This document shows, piece after piece, positions 53,600-64,000 of a stretch of 64,000 bases of DNA. The DNA lies in NCBI GenBank assembly GCA_951406725.2, contig OX597834.1:44888001-44952000 (forward strand). The letters run 5' to 3'. The notes beneath the pieces were generated by a model. It worked only from the letters and a program-made list of their open reading frames with translations. It had not been told where the DNA came from and made no database searches. Every line of letters starts with the position of its first letter. Position 1 is the stretch's first letter. Source of the DNA: Octopus vulgaris. Taxonomy: Eukaryota. Both the position numbers and the translations under genes were made by a program.

Positions 53600-54160
53600 C
53601 CAGGCCCTTCACATAGCGCCATGTTTGAGCTTTAGCTAGTTATCTGCTGTTATGGCTTGAACGAGCTGCAGCTTGGCTTGTAGGGTTTCATCAGCAAGCG
53701 TTTCCTCGGGACACGCCAAACTGTCGCTGGAGGAATTTTGGTTTCCAGACTTGTTCTTCTTATGGAACTACTTGGAACTTCGCCAGGCTTTTTGGCGAAT
53801 CCGCTCGACCATCTCTTCCGATGTTAGTGGTCATCCAAGTTCTTTTGCCCTGCACACACAACTTCCTCTTTGAATTTTTTGAGCTATGTCCAAATCTGCA
53901 TTATCCTTGGTGACTTTTTAGAGAACTCTCTAACAAAAGCACACTACAGTCTTCTTCCAGCATACACCAACACACAAAACGCCTTTTTTATTCCAAGGAA
54001 TGACATTTCTATACCTGAAGATATAAACTTATCAAACATTAAACATAAAATATTGTCATGTTTCAACACCTGCGATTAAAATTTGAAGTCATTTGGACAA
54101 GAACTGGAAAAAGTTTATTAGATTGCGAAATGATATCAAATGTTTTTTGAAACACCCTTT
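53600..54160 (-). mobile_element. Tc1/mariner-superfamily (Tc3-like, DUF4817-type N-terminus) transposon 5' half
   Basis: The reverse strand gives KAFCVLVYA...FVREFSKKSP..MQIW...KKFKEE...SIRRTSLETKIPPATVWRVPRKRLLMKPYK with stops and frameshifts. The end AGGGTGTTTCAAAAAA at about 54160 is TIR-like. Confidence 0.78.
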
Positions 54161-54321
54161 TTATACATAGATATACATTTCATCTTCTATTCGTTACTAA
54201 GTTTTAGCGCTAAGAATGTGGCCACGCTGGGCGACAGACAGACAGACGGATGGACAGACAGACGGATGGATGGACAGATAGATAGAGAGAGAGAGAAAGA
54301 GAGATCGACAGACAGATAGAT

Positions 54322-54407
<86 letters not shown>

Positions 54408-55302
54408 CAACTTGCAATTCATCAGTAATATCAAAAATAACCAAGATTATGTTTTGATTGATAAAACATAATATGCAGTTTTGCATTTCGAAGTAAATTT
54501 ACTTAATTGGATACAAATCTTTACACAAGGATTCTTCCAATGTATTACATTGTAGGCGAGTTTCAAGGGAGGAACTCAGATATATTGTAAACATCAAGAT
54601 TTGTCGAAAAACATGCGTTACGTTTTGAAAATGCAAAATGGCGTAAGTCCTGTTGAATCTGTCAAAGCATGAAGTTCCCTACGAAGTAATCAAAGTGCAT
54701 ATTTTCCTCGTATATTTGTACATAACATAATGAAAGTTTTGACCCACATTGGAATTGGTGTAACAAATTTTGAACAGTTTCACAGCCTCCAACTATTTAC
54801 GATCATTCCAGATCATGCGGTATTGTTTCGCTGACGATGCTGGGTAGTGACGACAAGAGTAACATACTCAAAACTGATTTTCTTTGCAATGGAAGCAGAA
54901 TTTTTCCCAACCATATTGGGCAGAGATTTGAACCAATTTTACTTTTAATTCCTCTCTACATCCTATATGCAAGAGATTGGGATCTTGTCAAAATCCTCTC
55001 TCCCGTGTGATATCTGCGACTGAAGAGTTATGTGGTCAAAACACCACTGTATGTTGATGTCCAGTTACACCGGTGAACCGTGTGCATTATGAACACAAGA
55101 TGTTTTGCGATGACGAAAAACAACAGCGTTGAAGTTTTCATTTCCGAATCTGCCAGAAACTATTTAGAATAAATAAGTAAATGTGTTTTTGCTTGGTTTC
55201 TAGCTTTTCCACTTATATCTCATGATTTGTTATTTGTTTCGCAGACATCAGCAATTTATTTATTTGCTGGTTCATATAAACAAGAGCTCTTAATCTCTTC
55301 AG

Positions 55303-55350
55303 GTCCAGAGGTCCTAGAGGAAGCTCGGACTCGACGAGACATACACGGCA
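55303..55350 (+). other. Candidate 48-nt exon
   Basis: CTCTTAATCTCTTCAG|GTCCAGAG...CACGGCA|GTATGT. Phase 1 reads GPEVLEEARTRRDIHG. Confidence 0.18.
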
Positions 55351-57219
55351 GTATGTGAGAGTCCCTTTACGCCTGTAATTCGCGTTTGTTATAAACACAC
55401 ATCGTCTACAGGGAGGTGTTTTCTGGTGGCGAAAGTAATAGATATCTGATATTCACTTTCACATCTGCCAGAACATATTCAGATTCTAAATTCTAACTCT
55501 TCAGCTTTCACCCTAAGTTTACTCATAAATTTCCTTAGATTCAACTATAAGTTCTTTCTTTCGAATTTTTTTTTATCTTCATTTTTAAAATAAAATAGCA
55601 AAGAATTTCTCTAAATCTCACATTGGTTCAGTCGAATTTCAGCGGCTTTTCCCTAAACGCTTTCCTAATGATACAACTAAACGGGGTAGTTCAGTCACGC
55701 ATGGTTTGGCTTGGTAGGGTGGATATTCAGCCTGTTATCACGAACGTATATATTGGTACTGGTGGTAAACACACACAAGGGCGCGCGCACGCGCACACAT
55801 ACACACACACACAAAACAACACACACACGCAGAAACACACGTAAACACACACAAGCACAGAGGCACTGAAGCAGAGATGTGCATATATAGATAGGGAGAA
55901 TAGGAGTAAGAGAGTCATAAGAATTTATTAATTAATTGAACCGAGATGACAAACATTCCCTCTTAACATACACATGAAGAGAATTATGCTCACATCCATG
56001 AACAAAGAGACCAGAGACAGAAAGACAGACAGACAGATAGAGACAGAGAGATAGTGTAGAGGATGAGAGAAACATTTAAAACGTTTGATGTCGTTATCAG
56101 CCAGCGCCGAATCAACGATCCCGAAAAACTGCACTGAAATGGCTCTACTAAACTGTCTCAGACTTCCAAACCCTTCTACATTCAACCCAGTCTACTTCAT
56201 AGAATATTTTTATCAACAGTTCAAGAGCATCAGTTACCAATAACAATACATTCTACAACTTGTGTGATTTTGATGTTGCTTTTAAAAGACGTACTCAAAA
56301 TGACTAACAGCTTGTGAATCCCTCTATTATCACGTGAATTGATTATTGATTTTTAACCATTGGCGATATATAAAGACAATGTGATGTACTGATTATAGAA
56401 TGTTTATTTACCCACAATATTTACCTTCAAAACGCAAGCAATACTAACTTGATTATGGTTCATATTATTCAGTAATACTAAACAATATCTTCACGTTTGT
56501 TATTACGTAAACTGACAGCTATTGAAAAGTGTTGCTCAATAATAGCAACATTTTCTACAAATTGGGCAGAATTTCGAAGGGAATGATACGAAAAATCTTT
56601 TATCTTTTATTTTTTTACAGTTATACCAAGGTTTTGAATTTCTTTTAGCAAATACAGTTTCATTGAACGAAATATACTCATTAGTCGTTAATGTGCGCAT
56701 GGCTGTAGTAGAAGACACTTGCGCAAGTTTTCGTGCAGTGGGACTGAACTCGAATATATATTTACTTTTCCCTGTTTAAAATTATATAATGTTCTTTGAA
56801 AGAGCATTATATTTATATATATAAAGGGAATACAAAGAAACCCCAGCAGATATGGCAGAAAAAAGGAAGGATCTAAAACGTGCTAGCTGCTTGTTGAAAG
56901 TCGATGTGAGAAGGAGTGTACATAACATTGAGAAGATCAACAGTGTAAGCCCTAACAACAATGAAAATAGAATAATTGATATAAGGATTTATAATAGAAA
57001 TATGCTTCACTACAGCTCTAACCACGTCATCTATATAAAACAGAGTCATAGAACCCGGGGACGTATGGAGTGGAACCTCGTATGAAAGTGTTTAAATCAG
57101 GAACATAACAATGCTGTCTGAGATTATGACAAGAGCCACGAATTAATAACACTTTGCCGTATGTTATATTGCATGGAGACAAAGCATATTAATACATAAT
57201 TGAGAGAGATGAACACAAG

Positions 57220-57250
<31 letters not shown>

Positions 57251-57597
57251 AAGGGGACACAAAGGGAGTGGACAGAGGGGGAAGGAATGGATTATGACTG
57301 GGAAAAGTTTGGAGCGAAAGACGGTAAGGAGAGAAAGACTAAAAGGAAACGAAAGAGGGTGGAGAGAATAGAGCGCAGAGAGCGAAGGAGGGAGAGGAAT
57401 GAAAATGTTTGGAGAGAAAGAGGGGATGAGAAGGGGAAAAGAATAGGTTGGAGAAACGGAGTGTGGAAATAAGGAATGCATGAGCGTAAGAGCAAAAGGG
57501 ACCACGAAAAAGATAAATATATGAACATATACGTATGCATATATACATATGTGTGTGTGTGTGTGTGTTTGTATGTACGGATTTATATATATAGAGA

Positions 57598-57609
57598 GAG
57601 ATAGATAGC

Positions 57610-57640
<31 letters not shown>

Positions 57641-57641
57641 G

Positions 57642-57674
<33 letters not shown>

Positions 57675-57676
57675 GG

Positions 57677-57734
<58 letters not shown>

Positions 57735-57735
57735 G

Positions 57736-57796
<61 letters not shown>

Positions 57797-57800
57797 GTAG
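57598..57800. repeat. (GATA)n array
   Basis: Seen directly in the sequence. Confidence 0.95.
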
Positions 57801-57975
57801 ACAGTAACGAGAGGAAGGCTAAGAGGAAATGAAAGAGGAAAAAAAGAGGGCGGAGAGAATAGAGACAGAGAGAGAAAGAACGAAAGAAATATATATAGAG
57901 AGAAAAAGAGTGAGAGATAGCGATGGGGAGAATTAAAGTAGAGAAATGGGAGAACCTGACGATAAAGATCCGAGC

Positions 57976-58006
<31 letters not shown>

Positions 58007-58619
58007 AGAGAGTGAAAGAAAGAGAAAGCGAGAAAAAGAGTGTCAGTGAAAGAGGAAATGAAATATTGAAAAGTGAGAGGGAAAATCGGGAAAAAGTTAT
58101 GAGAAAGCGAAGGTGTATATCAATAAACACCCGTGTTGTGTGTCTTTGTATGTGTAAACAGGCGGAAAGGCATATATGTGTGTGCATGGGGGTGTTTATG
58201 TATGCGTATGTGCGATATGTTCGCTTGAAATCCTGCAAGCATTAGATGTATTATTCAAACAACATTAAGACGAACAAGAAGAACAAAGGGCTGCATGGAA
58301 TTCCATTTGACATTTATGGAAGCGTGCAAAAGGAGACAACAGAGGGGAATGGAATTTAAAATCAATAGCTTAATTAATTAAGTAAATATGGCGACGAAGG
58401 ACATGGCTGTCGTGTGACGCTGAAGAAGTTTCCTTTGCAGTTACACGCTTTCCTGTTTCGATCTAACCGCTTGGTAGTTTGAGTACGTTGAGGCAGGAGA
58501 TTTCTGTTCTGGCTTTGGTACGACCAATTAATTGATGTTGTTGGAACCTCGTGAACAAAAGATTCTGTACGCGGAATTTTACCGTCATCATCAATCCTTG
58601 AATATTACTGTCTCACTTG

Positions 58620-59038
58620 CTTCGACATATGTAAGGTCGGTTACTGAGCTTCCATGGTTTATATGTGACACGCAATACAATATTGTCCCTAAACGCAGTA
58701 AATGCCCGGTGGAGAGTTACTTTTTGTAAACGTCTCAACCACTCGTACACTTGTGTAGGGCTCAGACCCTCCGCTCCATACACATTCTGAAGCATTTTGC
58801 AGGCTTCTGATCAGGAATCGGATTGTGTCAACTCTCTGTCATAGTTGATAGGACGACCACACGCTACACACCTTTCTTCTAATCACAGCTGCAAGCAGCG
58901 GAAGCGAGCTAGGACATCAAAACTTTGTGAGCATGCGCAGCAGAATTGAAAGTCTGTCTTTGCCCAGCGGCTCCAATCTACGTGCTTTAGCCTTGTTTTA
59001 ATATGACGACTATTCGAAAACTTATAGATCATACCTTG
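58620..59038 (-). mobile_element. mariner relic, 5' end
   Basis: The reverse strand SEACKMLQNVYGAEGLSPTQVYEWLRRLQK matches the mariner HTH pattern (ML...YG..ALS..QV.EW..RF). The terminus is TA|CAAGGTATGATCTATAAGTTTTCG. Confidence 0.75.
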
Positions 59039-59339
59039 TATGTGTGTGTGTGTGTATACATACATGCATGCGTGCATACATATAATGCATACATGATACA
59101 TACATACACTATATATAGAGTTGCACAGAGCTAAGCAACGATGAGAAATAAACGAACTTTTAACTTAGTTCAAATAAGTTTGTGATATATTTTTTAATTT
59201 TAAAAGCGATTTTCCCGCAGTTACCACGGAAGAATCCCTAGTAGAATCCAAGACGCTTGTGTGTGTTTCCTTAGCCTTCCTCAATAGGAAAAACCGATAA
59301 TGCGATACCTCGAGCAGATTATAAAGCCGCCAAGAGCCT

Positions 59340-59380
59340 TCCTCTTTCCTGTTTCCGACGAAGAGCCATTCCCCGAAAGG
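59340..59380 (+). repeat. Family H1 hammerhead-like remnant
   Basis: GTTT-CCGACGA-AGAGC...GAAA has the same 5' context as 11718-11752. Confidence 0.45.
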
Positions 59381-59395
59381 TAGATAGATAGATAT

Positions 59396-59430
<35 letters not shown>

Positions 59431-59431
59431 T

Positions 59432-59469
<38 letters not shown>

Positions 59470-61206
59470 CCAGGGTCTGAGGTGTAGGAAGGAAGTTTCA
59501 TTCCTTCATCGAAAACCGGTGATTGTCGTACGCCGACGACAGGTCAATACCTAGAAACTGCAGTCCGTGCGTATCACTTAGGTTGACGAGGGAGGGATGA
59601 CCTCTCTTTGCAAATACCATAAGGGCACAGAAAGTGTGCCTAAAGCCAGCTGGAGACGATGTTCTCCTGGGGCTACAAGCTACAGTAACACCCACCCTTA
59701 GTGGTTAGCCATATTGATATGGCTAGTATACCTTACATCCTCTATAGTTGTTTCCGACAAATGGACCAAGGTATTCATAAACTGGACATCTTAATAGTCA
59801 AACTTGGATTCATCAGTAAGTAATATTTAAGGGAAAAACAAAAATAAACATTTAAAATACATAGGGTTTTTTTCCTTAGTTTTCATTTGAGGGGATTTAT
59901 ATAAGTGTTCTTCTAGTCGCCCTTATTTGAATACATACACACATATATACATGCATTCATTCATATATACATTCATTACATTTATACAAAGAGAGAGAGA
60001 AGAAAGAAAAAGAAGGAAGGAATGCGTAAGAGATTTAAATTTATATACATAAATACAAATATAATACACACATTTACTCATATACACACGCGCATACATA
60101 CACATACACGCACACAAACCCGAGCGCACACATAAACACATGTATGGTCAGAGATCATTTCGCACCAGCAATGCGTTTCCTGATTTCTTGATCATCAGTA
60201 ACCCAATGCTGACATCATAATAATCTCGTGGTTATTCTCGGTGAGATTTCTAAGAGTTTTTCTAAAAACCTTTTTACATTATTTCACATATATTTCCAGT
60301 TTAGTATTAATCTCTCTTCACAAAACGACCTCCAGAGAATCTTCTGCTAGGAACCAAGGTGAAACAGCGTTTTTCCCTTCTTCCTTTCTTTCATTCATTT
60401 TCTCTCTTTCTCTTCCTTTTCCTTTTCTTTTCTTTCTTTCTTTCCTTTTCTTCCTTCCTCTCTGTATTTCTATTCTTTCTTTAACTCTTTCTCTATTTTC
60501 GTTCTTTCTCTGTCTTACCACTCGTTGTCTTCTAATTTATTCTCTCTTTGTTTCTTTCCTTCCTTATTTCCCCCTCTCCCATTCTTACCTCCTTTCGTTT
60601 CCTTACTTTCTCTTTCAGTCTTACTTTATCACATCCGTACATTCCTCCATTATTCCTTCCTTCCCTCCTTCCTTCCTTCTTTGCTTTTATCCTTTTACAG
60701 GTTACCTGCAGGCCGTTCCACTCTCTGTAATTCCTTTCAGATTATATAACAAACCGTATTTCTAACACTCTATTGGATTTTCAGTTTTTACTTTCCAAAA
60801 GACGATGCTTTTAGACACCAAATAAAATCAAACACGTCTACACTTAATGGCATGTCAAGGAATCCAGCCGGAACTGTGTCCACATCACACCACACTCCAC
60901 CGGTACTCTTCTCCCCATACACATCCACACACACTTACACGCATATTAACATCGCAATCAAAACCGCGATTACCACAGCAATAAAGAGAAGAAGAATAAT
61001 CACACACACAACACAAACACACAACCAACTCTCTTGCTGCAAAAACACTGTAGATATTGTTGTGTAATCATTGAGATAATGGTAAGACTAGGTTCCAAAT
61101 ATCATAATGGCAGAAACAAGAACAGAACTGCGACGCTCGTTTATCAGAATTAAGCTGAGCAAACAAAAATATCGATGTTCAACTCAACACCACCAGCAAA
61201 AACAAA

Positions 61207-61237
<31 letters not shown>

Positions 61238-61486
61238 GGCTGGTGCTACAGCTGCTGCTGCTGTCTCTACTCCTATTAAAACTACTGTTGCTGCCGCCGT
61301 CATCGTTACTGCCACCACCAACGCCGCCACCACCACTGGCAAGACTAAATATTCTAATGGAGAACCAATCTCAAGAAATTGGTCTTGAAGTGCCACGAGA
61401 TGACCGATTTGGAGATTTTACACGAAAAAGAAAAGCAGAAATTATAACAAAAACAGTAAAATAATCAAAATAAACAAGACACGTAG

Positions 61487-61586
61487 GAGTAGCTTGCTTA
61501 CGAACCACATGGTTCCAGGTTCAGTCCCACTGCATGGAAACTTCGGCAAGTGTCTTCTACTATAGCCTCGGGCCGACCAAAGCCTT
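61487..61586 (+). mobile_element. Family B SINE 5' fragment
   Basis: GTAGCTTGCTTACGAACCACATGGTTCCAGGTTCAGTCCCACTGC...GGCCGACCAAAGCCTT. Confidence 0.85.
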
Positions 61587-61736
61587 CCTTGGACTTTTTT
61601 CTTTTTTCTACGTTTCTGACGAAGAGTTAAATCCTCCTCCTTTCTTTCCTTTCCTGAGTGTCCAATAACACTATACTTGTTCCACGTCCTCGTGTTGTTG
61701 TGTTTTCTCTTTGTGTCTCCATGTTTAGATTAACTA
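61587..61736 (+). mobile_element. Family H1 repeat (hammerhead core with stem II deleted)
   Basis: GTTTCTGACGAAGAG|TTAAATCCTCC...TTGTTCCACGTCCTCGTGTTGTTG is homologous to the reverse complement of 11622-11760. Confidence 0.7.
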
Positions 61737-61740
61737 TGTG

Positions 61741-61798
<58 letters not shown>

Positions 61799-62035
61799 GA
61801 GAGAGAGAGAGAGAGATAAAAACAGGGAGAGTGAGAGTGATAGATAGATATAGATATAACGACAGATATAGCCGGTCCATGGTGTAACCTTATGCCTCAC
61901 ATCCATAAAGAGCTTAGCTTTATGGCGTTTCTTTGGAACCTAGGCCTATGACATTTAGCAAATGGCTTTTCTAGAACATGGAGAACAAGGCTTCGTTACT
62001 GTCAACAACAAGAGATTGTCTCTCTTTGACTGCTT

Positions 62036-62375
62036 TTAATGACTGACTCTATTCGTATGTGGTTCCCATGACACCAGCAGGAGTTTCCTGAAGTGCGAGC
62101 AGGTTCCATAGGCCTCCATCCTGGAGTTAAGCATGTTCCCTGTGTCGAGGGATTCATGTTCGGCTATGCTCACTTTAAAACGCTTAGTCCCATTTATGTT
62201 GGGGATTGGACTGCCTAGGATTTTCAATGAGAGTACGTGTGGAGTACCGTCATCTTTCAGCCGGCATAGATGGTCGGCTAAGCACATAGCGTATCTCCTT
62301 TCCGGAATCATGAAAGCGGATCTGTGGTGGGAGAGGCGCTGTTTGAACTTGTTACCGGAACACCGGACTTACCGC
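62036..62375 (-). mobile_element. Penelope-like element GIY-YIG endonuclease C-terminal relic
   Basis: The reverse strand gives *VRCSGNKFKQRLSHHRSAF...LADHLCRLKDDGTPHVLSLKILG..IPNINGTKRFKVSIAE...MLNSRMEAYGTCSHFRKLLL. This matches the PLE pattern YxG....FK.R...H..SF...L..Y.W.LK....Y...WKIL.....Y..GTKRC.LC..E...LN.R.E....C.H..K.LL. Confidence 0.75.
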
Positions 62376-62592
62376 CGCAAACGGCTGTTGGCGATTGAGT
62401 TTCTGTTAATATTGACGGTGCTTCTACTCTGTTGTTGGTGCTGGTGCTGCCCTCATTAAAACTTCAACATCAATAATGCCGGAACCAAAAGCATCGGTAG
62501 CAACAACGTCGACATCAACAGTAACAGCATCGATAACAACCGCACATAAAGATACATCAATGTTCAGGTAACACACATATTCACATCTGCGC

Positions 62593-62623
<31 letters not shown>

Positions 62624-62641
62624 TGTATGTATGTATGTATG

Positions 62642-62691
<50 letters not shown>

Positions 62692-63819
62692 GATATAAAT
62701 GTATGCATACTCACACACACATACATACGTTTATATATTCGTTTTCCAAGATTATTGTTGTGAATTCGTGTGTTGAAACAGATAATGTTGCATTTGGGGA
62801 TGGTCATGTTGCCAGTTTATGCAATGAAAACACACGCACTATATATCTGGTGTTCACTTGCTTCAGTCTTATTTTATATTAATTGTATTTCGACCAGAGT
62901 TCTTTCGTCACACTTCTGTGATCTCAACAGTGGTCCTTTGCTTTCTTCTTTCTTTTTAGTGTCTCTCCTTACTAACGACCTGCCATTTTGTATTCCTGTT
63001 GTATGTCATACAATTTTGCCAGCGTGCTAACGATCCTGCCAGCTCAGCATCTTAAAAATAAACAATAATAATAAAATTCTGTTGAATGTGTTCTTCTCAA
63101 TTTGACTTATTTGTCAACAAGAATTCGATATTGGTCCCGTGAATAATTGTCTTGTTATGCGTAAATATGATTCCGCTCAGCTAGCACCACCCAATTTCGA
63201 TTTGCAAAAATATTCGTGTAAGTCTTCGAAATTATATTTCATTCTAAAAACAGTTGTAGTCTTAAACCAGCAAAATATGACTTCGGATATCTAGGTTATG
63301 TTAAGTTGGTCCCAGATTTCTGTGGTTAAACAAAACTGGCGTAATCCATGATTATTATGTTATAAAATTTATTCATGGAAAGTAGTAGATTTTAATGCAA
63401 AAGAATTATCCTACTCAAAAATAACTTTGTTGTATTGCGTTTCATTTCACTCGTTGCAAAGAAGAAATTACGAAGAACTAAAACAGAAGAAAAACATTAG
63501 TTGTCAGTTATTATAATGATGTCGGGATTTCACAAGACAATTGCATCAACAGAAATTGAACAAAGACACAAAATAATAAGCTGTATGACTCCAAGCAGAA
63601 TCAATTGTTTCGCTCTAATGCACACGAACAACCGTAAGGGGAGTTCTGATATTTCCTCTTTCTTAAACACTTTTGTTCACGTCGACAATAATTCCCGTCA
63701 AAAATAAAAAATCTCGCGAGACGTCGAATTTCAGTTGGCAATTTCCCGTTGGCAATTTCTAATGTTGTGAATTACAGAATTGTAGACGCCCGTAAAACGG
63801 TATGCTTAAATATTTCTCT

Positions 63820-63902
63820 TGAAACCTCGTAGTTACGAGTTCGGTCTTCAGTCCCACTGCGCAGCAAATTAGGGAAATATCATTTACTATATTCTAGGGA
63901 CG
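63820..63902 (+). mobile_element. Family B SINE 5' remnant
   Basis: TTCAGTCCCACTGCG...TACTATA...GGGACGA. Confidence 0.5.
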
Positions 63903-64000
63903 ATAGTGATTTTGTATTTAGAGTGTGTTCTAGGTGTGTGCCTAAATTGGCTAATCCCTTTTGATTGTTGTATATATATACACACACATATATATATATA

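Noticed and set aside
59700-59730. Hairpin plus CTAG as a Helitron 3' end
   Set aside because: The CTAG overlaps the hairpin instead of lying about 10 nt downstream, and the stem is AT-rich.

Overview
This is AT-rich eukaryotic DNA with a very high density of microsatellites: (TA)n, (TAA)n, (TATC)n, (TATG)n, (CA)n, (GAA)n and (CAT)n. It reads as an intron or intergenic stretch. The repeat landscape resembles an octopus/cephalopod genome (inference, not verified). No intact host protein-coding gene is visible, and almost all ORFs in the supplied track are microsatellite artefacts. The recognisable content is decayed mobile DNA. SINEs: two abundant tRNA-headed families with more than 25 copies together, plus rarer ones. 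DNA transposons: several Tc1/mariner relics, one with DD36E spacing, and TTAA piggyBac-type MITEs. Retroelements: a CR1-type RT relic, a Dong/R4-type RLE 3' end inside a (TAA)n array, and a Penelope-like GIY-YIG relic. The most interesting signal is a set of minimal type I hammerhead-ribozyme (HHR) motifs in at least five unrelated short repeats. One family has two copies; it joins a tRNA-derived Pol III head, a (TAA)n spacer and an HHR-bearing 3' end, and one copy has a Penelope-like inverted 5' end. Three unrelated families carry the same U4>C core variant (CCGANGA). Also present are an 89-bp foldback duplication, a perfect 21-bp hairpin and a candidate 24-nt microexon.
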